From Crocinitomicaceae bacterium (GTDB lineage Bacteria; Bacteroidota; Bacteroidia; Flavobacteriales_D; Crocinitomicaceae): DNA of 64,000 nucleotides. This document shows, piece after piece, positions 35,980-44,691 of the stretch (its first letter is position 1; the number at the start of each line of letters is the position of its first letter). Position numbers and translations under genes: made by a program. The stretch covers positions 57,133-121,132 of the forward strand of contig JAKVAR010000009.1 of assembly GCA_022447585.1 (NCBI GenBank), read 5' to 3'. Below the pieces are notes generated by a model. That model worked only from the letters and a program-made list of their open reading frames with translations. It was not told where the DNA came from and searched no databases.

Positions 35980-36870
35980 TTACTTCTTAAAGTTATCCGC
36001 AACGATTAAGTCTTTTGTCCCGTGACCCCAAGAATAAAATCCTTCACCAGTTTTAACACCCTTCTTTCCTGCCATAACCATGTTCACTAATAATGGAGAT
36101 GGGGCGTACTTAGGGTTTCCAAATCCTTCATAAAGAACTTCCATAATTGCTAAACAAACATCTAATCCAATGAAATCAGCTAATTGAAGTGGTCCCATTG
36201 GATGAGCCATACCAAGTTTCATTACTGTATCAATCTCTGCAACACCAGCAACACCTTCGTGTAATGTGATGATGGCCTCGTTAATCATTGGCATTAAAAT
36301 TCTGTTTGCAACGAATCCTGGGTAATCATTCACCTCAACAGGAACTTTATTCAATTTCTTAGAAGTCTCCATGATTAATTCAGTTACTTCCTCAGAAGTC
36401 GAGTATCCACGAATAATCTCTACCAATTTCATAATTGGAACTGGGTTCATGAAGTGCATGCCAATTACTTTATCTGGACGACTAGTAACAGCAGCAATTT
36501 TCGTGATAGAAATTGAAGATGTATTTGACGCTAAAATTACGTTAGAATCAGTGACTTCATCTAAGTTTTTGAAGATTTTCAATTTCAAATCCACATTTTC
36601 CGTAGCAGCTTCAACAACTAATTCAACTCCTTGAACTCCTTCCTTCATGTCAGTGAAAGTTGTGATGTTCGCTAAAGTTGCGTCTTTGTCTGTAGCAGAA
36701 ATTTTTTCTTTTGCTACTTGACGGTCTAAATTCTTAGTGATTGTTGCAATTCCTTTATCTAAAGAAGCTTGAGCGATATCAATTAGTGATACTTTATATC
36801 CAAATTGCGCAAATGTGTGTGCAATTCCATTACCCATTGTTCCTGCACCAATTACTGCTACGTTTTTCAT
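35980..36870 (-). CDS. hbd: 3-hydroxybutyryl-CoA / 3-hydroxyacyl-CoA dehydrogenase
   Basis: MKNVAVIGAGTMGNGIAH Rossmann start, NTSS, and a C-terminal 3HCDH domain. Confidence 0.9.
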   Translation of the reverse strand: MKNVAVIGAGTMGNGIAHTFAQFGYKVSLIDIAQASLDKGIATITKNLDRQVAKEKISATDKDATLANITTFTDMKEGVQGVELVVEAATENVDLKLKIFKNLDEVTDSNVILASNTSSISITKIAAVTSRPDKVIGMHFMNPVPIMKLVEIIRGYSTSEEVTELIMETSKKLNKVPVEVNDYPGFVANRILMPMINEAIITLHEGVAGVAEIDTVMKLGMAHPMGPLQLADFIGLDVCLAIMEVLYEGFGNPKYAPSPLLVNMVMAGKKGVKTGEGFYSWGHGTKDLIVADNFKK

Positions 36871-36908
36871 TCTATTATTTTTTTGTTTGACTTCTAATTT
36901 TAGACTTG

Positions 36909-36916
36909 CAAAGATA
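36909..36916 (-). promoter_or_regulatory. Candidate -7 promoter box (TATCTTTG on minus strand) for hbd
   Basis: Exact TAnnTTTG match 39 nt upstream of the ATG at 36870. Confidence 0.45.
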
Positions 36917-36955
36917 ATATTTCCATGAAAATGATTTCTTGTCTATATTTATAGA

Positions 36956-37357
36956 ATGGATAAAAAAAACGTTCCTGTTGTTCTGTATGATGGAGATTGT
37001 GGTTTTTGCAATCGTTCTGTTGCTTTCGTCATGAAACAAGATAAAACTAAAACAATATATTTTGCCGCTTTACAGTCCAATTTCACGAAAGAACTATTCA
37101 TTCAAAATGATTGGGAAGAACCCGATTTAAGTACTTTTTATTTTATCGAGAAAGGCGAGTTGTTTCAAAAGTCGAAAGCTGCGTTGAAAGTAGCGAAGTA
37201 TTTTTCTTTTCCCTTCAATCTTATCCAAAGCTTTATCATTGTGCCTCGATTTATTAGCGACGGTGTCTACGATTTTATAGCTAAAAGACGTCAGAAATTA
37301 TCCAGTGGATTTTGTCTTATGCCAACCGAAGAGGAAAGAAAACGATTTATTCGTTAG
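36956..37357 (+). CDS. Thiol-disulfide oxidoreductase DCC family (DUF393) protein
   Basis: N-terminal VVLYDGDCGFCNRSV (DxxCxxC) signature. Confidence 0.85.
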   Translation: MDKKNVPVVLYDGDCGFCNRSVAFVMKQDKTKTIYFAALQSNFTKELFIQNDWEEPDLSTFYFIEKGELFQKSKAALKVAKYFSFPFNLIQSFIIVPRFISDGVYDFIAKRRQKLSSGFCLMPTEEERKRFIR

Positions 37358-38598
37358 TTATTGAAGGTTTTAAAGATTACTAGAAGTTCGTCAGGTGGAA
37401 CAATCTTATTCTCATGATCATTCATTCGATTTAAAACTTCATTTGTTGCCATTGGGTTAAGTCCCATCCGCATCCCGATGTTTTTAATATAATCGATTTC
37501 TTCAGTCCCAGCTTCTAAATCAACATTCATCAATAAAATCAATCGTTGAAATTGAACAATTCGATCTGCTTCTAGTTTAGGAGGTGTGAATTCAATGTTT
37601 TTTTCAAATACATACATAAAGTCATCTTTTGTTATACCTAATTGTGCAGCTATTGAAAATAAAAATTGAAATTCTATTTCTCGCACTTCATTGTCCGATT
37701 TTGCTAGTTTTACAAGGTCAGCTAATAGGCTAAGTTTCTCATCCCGTTCGGATGTTGCTTTTCCTTCTGTGCCTTTGAAAAAATCTAAGGTTAATTGACA
37801 GACTTGAGTCAAAGCCGTCGGCATTTCCGATTTTCCCCAGGGTTGATAGGAATCAAACGTGTGTTGGGTGCCAGGTATGATCTTTAGTTTAGTCTCTAAC
37901 CAACTTGCAATATGTTCACCTTCTTGTAATGGTACTGATGTGTCATTCTCTCCATGAATAACTAGGGTAGGAGTTGTTGAGTTTTTACAGTAGTTCTCAA
38001 TATTGAGTCGTTGTTCATAGTTCAAAAAGCTCTCGTATTGAGAATAGCTATGAGGCATAGTCTGTCCCGTTCTACCATTTTTACGATAGTAATATCCATG
38101 CTCTTGCCATTCTTTTAAATCCTTTCCTTTAGGAAAGCGATCCGAAATGGATGAAATTCCGGCCCAACTCACAATTTTAGAAACGAGACCATTTGAAGAT
38201 TGAAGTAAAGAAATCCCGCCACCGCGAGAGTGACCTATAACGTAAATTTCGGGCATTTCATCAAATTCATCTTGCACCAGGTTTGTTATTGCTTCAAAAT
38301 CTTGTAACTCTTTAACGTAGTTGTTTTGACCAAATGAGGCGAGGTCATCAAAATCAATTGGGTTTTCAATTGTACTTCCGTTGTGACTGGCATTATATTT
38401 AATGAAGCCAAATTGATTCTTTGTGAAAAAGCCTTGAACTAAATTCCAACAGCCCCAATCTTTATATCCCATGTATCCATGTATAAAAATGACTAGTTTA
38501 CCATTCCATTTAGAGGGGATAGAAAGGTCGTAAAGACTTTCCTTGTTGTTAGCTCCAGTAAAAAGTGCGTTCTTGATTTCTTTATTCATGTTATTCAA
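37354..38598 (-). CDS. Alpha/beta hydrolase fused to a C-terminal TerB-like domain
   Basis: Nucleophile elbow GHSRGG, with a later HGENDT and H (..GTQHTF). The last ~130 aa carry two SD/E..(V/I)..(E)E..(F/Y)(L/I)..(I/M)...(L/M)G(I/L) helical repeats typical of TerB/DjlA-N domains. Confidence 0.7.
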   Translation of the reverse strand: MNNMNKEIKNALFTGANNKESLYDLSIPSKWNGKLVIFIHGYMGYKDWGCWNLVQGFFTKNQFGFIKYNASHNGSTIENPIDFDDLASFGQNNYVKELQDFEAITNLVQDEFDEMPEIYVIGHSRGGGISLLQSSNGLVSKIVSWAGISSISDRFPKGKDLKEWQEHGYYYRKNGRTGQTMPHSYSQYESFLNYEQRLNIENYCKNSTTPTLVIHGENDTSVPLQEGEHIASWLETKLKIIPGTQHTFDSYQPWGKSEMPTALTQVCQLTLDFFKGTEGKATSERDEKLSLLADLVKLAKSDNEVREIEFQFLFSIAAQLGITKDDFMYVFEKNIEFTPPKLEADRIVQFQRLILLMNVDLEAGTEEIDYIKNIGMRMGLNPMATNEVLNRMNDHENKIVPPDELLVIFKTFNN

Positions 38599-38718
38599 TG
38601 GTTTTAATTAAAGCCAAATTAAACAAATTAATGAAGTTTAAATCGGACGGTTGTCAATCTATTTTTCAGTGGTTTTTAGCTAGTTCTTTTTCTTATATTA
38701 GCGACTAAATTCGAATTA

Positions 38719-39102
38719 ATGAAAGTCACTTTAATCCTTTTGTTTGCATTGCTCTTGGCTAGTTGTGGAAATGATTTTGGGAGCAAAGTCGTTGGTGGAA
38801 ACTTATCTGTCTATTACGTAGACAGTTCTGATAAGTTAAAAGCAGAGGCTTTAGCTATGTATTGGAGAGAGAATGATTTGATTTCAGGTGAACAGCAAGA
38901 CCTTCAATTGGTCAACTTTGAGGACGGCTATGAACTGAGAATAATTGCTAAAACTCCAAAAGGTGTTAAGAAAATGCCATTCAACGAGAGAAAACTGTTG
39001 TCTACTTTACAGGGGGTGTTAAGAGATAGTATTCCTTTGGATGGATTGGAGATTGTTTTATGCGATTCGAATTTTAAACCAATTTATAACATTAACGAAT
39101 GA
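38719..39102 (+). CDS. Small lipoprotein, unknown function (first gene of operon)
   Basis: Lipobox LLLASC. Its stop overlaps the next start (ATGA). Confidence 0.6.
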   Translation: MKVTLILLFALLLASCGNDFGSKVVGGNLSVYYVDSSDKLKAEALAMYWRENDLISGEQQDLQLVNFEDGYELRIIAKTPKGVKKMPFNERKLLSTLQGVLRDSIPLDGLEIVLCDSNFKPIYNINE

Positions 39103-40103
39103 AAATATCTGCATCAATTTATAGCGATAAGAAAAGGCCGTTAAATGAGGTTATTCAAGATTTAGTGGATCATCAAGTTGATTTACTTCATGTTGATTGT
39201 AATGATGATATATCGGTTTTTGATGATATTAAAACGATTAGAAGGCTTTGCGATATTCCGATTGATTTACATATAATTACAGAGTTTCCTTCGAAATACT
39301 ATTCTTTGTTGGAGGAGAATCCAGTAGAGTATGTAACGTTTCAATATGAAGATTTAAAAGAGCCTTTAAATATTCCGGATTCAGTTTCGGGAAGAAGAGG
39401 TATTGCGGTAATTACACCAACGCCAGTTACGATTTTTGAGGAGTATTCCGACTATGATTTTATTTTAATAATGGCGACTATACCAGGGCAGAGCGGAGGA
39501 AAGTTTGATACCATTAATTTTTCTAAGATTAGAGAGTTTGGCAATAAGTACCCCGGAAAATCAATCCATGTAGATGGTGGAGTGAATGCCGAAGTTTCGT
39601 TCATTATCAGAAATATGGGGGTTACAAGTGCGGTTTCTGGGTCATATTTGTTTAATGCAGCCAGTATTGGTAATGCATTGATGAATTTAACTAAACGTGA
39701 GGTTGAATCTCACTTTTCGGTAAGTGATTTTATGATTCCCATAGATGAATCGCCTACCGTATCGAAATCTAATATTAGTTTAAAAGGTGTATTAGAATCA
39801 ATTGATCATGGAAAACTTGGATTTACATTGGTTGTGGAAGAGTCTAATAAATTCGCAGGGTTAGTTTCAAATGCGGATGTCAGAAAAGGGTTGTTGAAAA
39901 ATATTGAAAATTTTAACAGTTTATCAGCAGATGAGTTAATTAATCATTTCCCAGTCACAATAAGCGATACAGCTACAGTACTTGAAATGTTGCAATTAAT
40001 TAAGACGAGTACATTTCCGATTTTATACTTGCCAGTAGTTGATGACGCTGGTTTTGCAAAAGGAATTGTTACTTTTGTCAACCTCATTAAAGGAGAATTA
40101 TGA
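39099..40103 (+). CDS. Ribulose-phosphate 3-epimerase-like barrel fused to a KpsF/KdsD-type CBS pair
   Basis: aa 1-~200 carry ISASIYSD, LHVDCNDD, DLHIIT, IMATIPGQSGGKF and HVDGGVN. These align by eye to the RPE motifs (SILSAD, HxDxMDG, DxHLM, PGFGGQ.F, DGG). aa ~205-334 contain two CBS motifs (..GLVSNADVRKGLL.., ..GIVTFVNLIKG). Confidence 0.7.
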   Translation: MKISASIYSDKKRPLNEVIQDLVDHQVDLLHVDCNDDISVFDDIKTIRRLCDIPIDLHIITEFPSKYYSLLEENPVEYVTFQYEDLKEPLNIPDSVSGRRGIAVITPTPVTIFEEYSDYDFILIMATIPGQSGGKFDTINFSKIREFGNKYPGKSIHVDGGVNAEVSFIIRNMGVTSAVSGSYLFNAASIGNALMNLTKREVESHFSVSDFMIPIDESPTVSKSNISLKGVLESIDHGKLGFTLVVEESNKFAGLVSNADVRKGLLKNIENFNSLSADELINHFPVTISDTATVLEMLQLIKTSTFPILYLPVVDDAGFAKGIVTFVNLIKGEL

Positions 40104-41098
40104 TACTACATCTTAAACCAAATATCACTGATTCAAAAGCTGTCGCAATTGCCGAAGAAGTAAATGCATTTCATTTTGTTTCAAATGGAACGAATGTGCT
40201 TATTACAGGATCAGGAATGAAAGAAGTTCCAAGTTCAATTGAAGATTCAGTTGATCAATTCTGGGTGTTTGATAACGACATACAGTTAGCTTCAAAGAAA
40301 TATCAATCTGAAAAGAGGGAAGTTAAAATTGGAAACACGGTAATTGGAGGTAAAACAAATAGAACGATTCTGATTGGTGGACCCTGCTCTGTGGAATCAG
40401 AAAGTCAAATTCGTGAGTCTGCTGAGCTGTTAGTGGAAATGGGGCTAACTACCCTGCGAGGTGGTTGCTACAAACCAAGAACGAGTCCATATTCTTTTCA
40501 AGGAATGGGCTATGAGGGATTGATGCTGTTGTCTCAAATGCGAGAAGAGTTTGGTTTAAATATTATTACCGAAGTTAGAGATGCTACGCATGTTCAGGAT
40601 GTGATTGAACATTCAGATGTTATCCAAGTAGGAGCAAAAGCAATGTATGATCAAGGTATTTTACGTGCCTGTGCCAAAACCCAAAAGCCGGTCTTAATCA
40701 AGCGCGGGTTTGGAACAACATTAAAAGAATTTGTTCAAGCTGCTGAGTTCGTTCTTTCGGGCGGTAATCCAAATGTGATTCTTTGTGAAAGAGGATTAAG
40801 AACATTTGAAACAAATACAAGATTTACATTAGATCTATGCGGTGTTGCTTGGTTGCAAGAGCATACCAATCTTCCAATTATATTAGATCCGAGTCATGCC
40901 ATGGGATATGCTTATGGTGTTCCTGTTTTGTCAAAGGCTTGCGTGGCAATGGGGATTGATGGTTTATTAGTTGAAGCTCACCGAGATCCTTCAGTTGCTA
41001 AATCGGATGCTTCTCAGCAATTAACACATGATGGATTTAGAGAATTACTTACTAGCTTGAAGCCTGTTGCTGAAAGCGTTGGATATTCTATGATATAG
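40100..41098 (+). CDS. aroF: 3-deoxy-7-phosphoheptulonate (DAHP) synthase, type I-beta, with N-terminal ferredoxin-like regulatory domain
   Basis: GGPCSVES, GGCYKPRTSPYSFQG, ILCERGLRTFE and ILDPSHA are present. The N-terminal ~90 aa (MILHLKPNITD...) resemble the Thermotoga-type FL domain. Confidence 0.88.
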   Translation: MILHLKPNITDSKAVAIAEEVNAFHFVSNGTNVLITGSGMKEVPSSIEDSVDQFWVFDNDIQLASKKYQSEKREVKIGNTVIGGKTNRTILIGGPCSVESESQIRESAELLVEMGLTTLRGGCYKPRTSPYSFQGMGYEGLMLLSQMREEFGLNIITEVRDATHVQDVIEHSDVIQVGAKAMYDQGILRACAKTQKPVLIKRGFGTTLKEFVQAAEFVLSGGNPNVILCERGLRTFETNTRFTLDLCGVAWLQEHTNLPIILDPSHAMGYAYGVPVLSKACVAMGIDGLLVEAHRDPSVAKSDASQQLTHDGFRELLTSLKPVAESVGYSMI

Positions 41099-41775
41099 TG
41101 AATTTAGAAGAAAACATAAGGGGGCTTTGCGATAAAAACGGGATTGATTTTATCGATTTCTTAGCTGATATGGATGTCGAAACAGTATTTGAACTTTCTG
41201 TATCTGACTTAGAAGTTATCTGCGAAGAATACGATTTGGATTTGAATGCATTGTTATTCAAGTTTCCGTTCAAATCAAACCATCTAAAATCAAAATTAGG
41301 TAAGATTAAGCTTTTGGTTATTGATGTGGACGGAGTTATGACAGATGGTGGAATGTATTTTACGGAATCTGGAGACCAATTTAAAAAGTTTAATACAAAA
41401 GATGGAATGGCGATCATTCATCTTACTAAAAGTGGTTTTCAGGTAGCCATTATTTCGTCAGGATTTAAGGGAGAGGCAGTTACTAAACGCGCTGAAATGT
41501 TGGGAATTCAGCATTGTTCTGTAAGTCGAGCTCCTAAAATGGAAACGTTAAACGTGATTTGTAAAGAACTCAATATTGCATTAGAAAACGTAGCCATGAT
41601 TGGCGATGATATTAATGATTTAGAAGTGATGCGAAATGTTGGATTCTCAGCTTGTCCAAAGGATGCTGTGAATGAGATTAAATCGCAAGTTGATGTAATT
41701 TTAGAAAATAAGGGAGGGCAAGGGTGTGTGCGAGAATTAATCGACATGTACATTCTTAAAGAACCATTGAAATAA
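41098..41775 (+). CDS. KdsC-family HAD-IIIA phosphatase (3-deoxy-ulosonate-phosphate phosphatase-like) with ~70-aa N-terminal extension
   Basis: The HAD core LLVIDVDGVMTDGGMYF...FNTKDG...IGDDINDLEVM aligns by eye with E. coli KdsC. The GTG start overlaps the upstream TAG. The extension reads NIRGLCDKNGIDFIDFLADMDVETVFELSVSDLEVICEEYDLDLNALLF. Confidence 0.8.
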   Translation: MNLEENIRGLCDKNGIDFIDFLADMDVETVFELSVSDLEVICEEYDLDLNALLFKFPFKSNHLKSKLGKIKLLVIDVDGVMTDGGMYFTESGDQFKKFNTKDGMAIIHLTKSGFQVAIISSGFKGEAVTKRAEMLGIQHCSVSRAPKMETLNVICKELNIALENVAMIGDDINDLEVMRNVGFSACPKDAVNEIKSQVDVILENKGGQGCVRELIDMYILKEPLK

Positions 41776-41778
41776 AGT

Positions 41779-42999
41779 ATGGAGAAGATTAAAATAGGAG
41801 TTATCAGAGAAGGAAAGGTGCCACCAGACAAACGCGTTCCATTGACACCTAAGCAGTGTAAACTTCTTGAAACTGTTTATCCGAATGTGGAAGTGATTGT
41901 TCAGCCAAGTCCAATTAGAGCATATAAGGATGAAGCTTATTTATCAGAAGGTATTTCCATGAATGAGGATTTATCCTCTTGTGAAATTATACTGGGAGTT
42001 AAAGAGGTTAATATATCTGACCTTATTCCAAATAAGAAATTTCTTTTCTTCTCGCATACCTTGAAGAAGCAACCCTATAATAGAGATTTGCTGAAAGCAA
42101 TCATAGATAAGAAAATACAACTTATAGATTACGAAGCATTGAAAGATAAAACGAACAAACGAGTTATTGGTTTTGGTCGTTATGCTGGAATTGTTGGTTG
42201 CTATAATGGTTTTTTGACTTATGGTTTAAAGCATGATCTTTACGATTTAAAAGCTGCAAATAAATGCGCTGACCGAAAAGAAGTTGAACAAGAGTTGAAA
42301 AAAGTTGAACTCCCTTCAAATACTAAGATTGTACTGACTGGTTTTGGACGGGTAGGACATGGTGCAAGAGAGATCTTAGATTTACTGCCAATTAAAGAAG
42401 TTACTCCTGAAGAATACTTGACCCAAGAGTTTAATGAGCCTATTTATACTCATCTAGAGGTTGAAGACTATTATTCTAAACGTGATGGTTCTGAATTTGA
42501 TAAGAATGATTTTTATGACAACCCGGAATCTTATAAGTCAGATTTTAAAAAGTACATTTCTCAATCGGATATGTACATTCCTTGTCATTACTGGAGTGAT
42601 AAAGCCGATTATATTATTACGAGAGATGATTTAAAAAGTGAAGACGTTAGGTTGTCTGTTGTAGCTGATATTTCTTGTGATATTGATTGTGCTGTGGCTT
42701 GCACAATTCGCCCGAGTAAGATTGCTGATCCAATTTATGGATATGACCCAAAAACTGAATCTGAAGCGGACTTTAAAGCTGAAGGTGTAATTGCTGTTAT
42801 GGCAGTGGATAATTTACCTTGTGAATTACCTTTGGATGCTTCTGAAGATTTTGGTGGTGAATTATTGAAAGAAATCTTTCCATCGTTAATAATTGAAGAC
42901 AAAGATCTAATTATTGCTAAAGGAAGTGAAACGACGTTGGATGGCGAATTGTCTGAATATTTCCAGTACTTGGATAACTATTTAAAAGGACTTGAATAA
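41779..42999 (+). CDS. Alanine dehydrogenase/PNT-fold NAD(P) oxidoreductase, saccharopine-dehydrogenase (lysine-forming)-like
   Basis: The N-terminal IGVIREGKVPPDKRVPLTP...ILGVKEV and central TGFGRVGHGA Rossmann motif fit this fold at 406 aa. Confidence 0.7.
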   Translation: MEKIKIGVIREGKVPPDKRVPLTPKQCKLLETVYPNVEVIVQPSPIRAYKDEAYLSEGISMNEDLSSCEIILGVKEVNISDLIPNKKFLFFSHTLKKQPYNRDLLKAIIDKKIQLIDYEALKDKTNKRVIGFGRYAGIVGCYNGFLTYGLKHDLYDLKAANKCADRKEVEQELKKVELPSNTKIVLTGFGRVGHGAREILDLLPIKEVTPEEYLTQEFNEPIYTHLEVEDYYSKRDGSEFDKNDFYDNPESYKSDFKKYISQSDMYIPCHYWSDKADYIITRDDLKSEDVRLSVVADISCDIDCAVACTIRPSKIADPIYGYDPKTESEADFKAEGVIAVMAVDNLPCELPLDASEDFGGELLKEIFPSLIIEDKDLIIAKGSETTLDGELSEYFQYLDNYLKGLE

Positions 43000-44423
43000 T
43001 GGAAAAAGGTAACAAGAAGATTATCAGAGGATGGGTCTCATACGATTGGGCCAATTCAGTTTATAACTTGGTAATCTCTTCTGCTATTTTTCCCATTTTC
43101 TTCGAGAAGTCAACAACTTTTGCTTATAAAGTAAGAACTAATCCACAGTTGAATCCAGAGATAGAGGCTGATCTCGATAAGCTTAAGGCTATAAGTGTCA
43201 GAACTGAAGATGTAACCTCATTTTTCTTTGGAGTTGAAATAACATCTTCAGTACTTTATACTTATGTATTAGCTGCTTCATTCTTGCTAGTTTCGTTTCT
43301 TTCACCTTTACTTTCTGGTATTGCCGATTATTCAGGGAAGAAAAAGACTTTTATGAAGTTTTTTTGCTATTTGGGAGCGCTTTCTTGTGTGGGTCTATTT
43401 TTATTTAATCCAAGTAATATGGGATTAAGCATGGTTCCTTTCTTTCTTGCAAGCATCGGCTTTTGGAGTAGTTTGGTTTTCTATAATTCTTTTTTGCCGG
43501 AAATTGCTGAACCTGAAGATCACGATAGAATTTCTGCAAAGGGATTTTCTATGGGATACATTGGAAGTATGGTACTATTGATTATTTGTCTCATATGGAA
43601 CATGGTACTTAAATTTCCAATAGAATATTGTTTCGTTTTTGTTGGTGTATGGTGGGTTTCATTTAGTCAAATTGCCTACAAGGTTCTTCCAAATAATGTA
43701 TATAATAGAAAAGCTGAAAAGGGAATAATTTGGAAAGGGTTTGAAGAATTGAAACTTGTGTTTTCAGAGTTTAAGAAGACGAAAAGGTTGAAAAGGTTTG
43801 TAACTTCATTTTTCTTTTTCAATACCGGTGTTCAAACCGTTATGCTAATGGCTACACTATATGCTTCAAGAGAAATCTTTAAGATTCCTGATGCATTGAG
43901 GGCTACCTTGACTCCCGAAGAAATTACAGCTAAAGAAGGTGAAGGGACAGCAGGTCTTATTATCGCGATTCTTTTGATTCAAATATTAGGTGCCGTGGGT
44001 GCATTTTTCATCTCTAAACTTTCTGGAAAGATTGGTAATCTAAAAACATTAACTATTGTGGTCGCATTTTGGATTCCGCTATGTGTATTTGCCTACTTTA
44101 TTCCTCAAGGAGCACATGCACAGTTTTACATTTTAGCATGTGGAGTTGGATTAGTTATGGGAGGTGTTCAGTCTTTAGCTCGTTCTACCTATGCGAAGTT
44201 TTTACCAGAAACAAAAGATCACGCTAGTTACTTCTCCTTTTATGATGTTACAGAGAAAATAGGAATTGTAATGGGCACATTTTTCTTTGGATTTATGGAG
44301 TACATTATGGATGATATTCGTGCCTCAATTCTTTCGGTTATATTCTTCTTTGTAATGGGTTTGATAATGATATTCAGAGTTCCAAAGCGGGAATTAGAAC
44401 TCGATGGTTTCGCTACTGAATAA
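42999..44423 (+). CDS. MFS transporter, UMF1/Atg22-like family
   Basis: N-terminal WVSYDWANSVYNLVISSAIFPIFF signature and about 12 TM segments. TAATG overlap with the upstream gene. Confidence 0.85.
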   Translation: MEKGNKKIIRGWVSYDWANSVYNLVISSAIFPIFFEKSTTFAYKVRTNPQLNPEIEADLDKLKAISVRTEDVTSFFFGVEITSSVLYTYVLAASFLLVSFLSPLLSGIADYSGKKKTFMKFFCYLGALSCVGLFLFNPSNMGLSMVPFFLASIGFWSSLVFYNSFLPEIAEPEDHDRISAKGFSMGYIGSMVLLIICLIWNMVLKFPIEYCFVFVGVWWVSFSQIAYKVLPNNVYNRKAEKGIIWKGFEELKLVFSEFKKTKRLKRFVTSFFFFNTGVQTVMLMATLYASREIFKIPDALRATLTPEEITAKEGEGTAGLIIAILLIQILGAVGAFFISKLSGKIGNLKTLTIVVAFWIPLCVFAYFIPQGAHAQFYILACGVGLVMGGVQSLARSTYAKFLPETKDHASYFSFYDVTEKIGIVMGTFFFGFMEYIMDDIRASILSVIFFFVMGLIMIFRVPKRELELDGFATE

Positions 44424-44691
44424 ATAACTTATACTTGAAAGGTTAACTATACATTCAAGGGAATTTGTCACTGATTATATATTTTTATGCATTTGCCTAG
44501 GATGCGTGATATACATTTTAAGTTTACTCAAAACTTTCAGCTTTATAAACGAAACGCTAAAAAGTAAGAACATGTTGCTTCTATGACTTGTTTTGTGCTT
44601 ATAAATCCAAGAATTATAAGTATTTACGAAACAATTCTTCTCAGTGAACGTTTAAATTATTAGATTTAAATATATCACTTAAAAATTCATT

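Noticed and set aside
40100-41098. Assigning the PEP-aldolase as a KDO-8-P synthase (KdsA).
   Set aside because: It carries the DAHPS I-beta KPRTS motif and an N-terminal ferredoxin-like regulatory domain rather than KdsA-type motifs. I therefore call it DAHP synthase and keep altered specificity only as a hypothesis.
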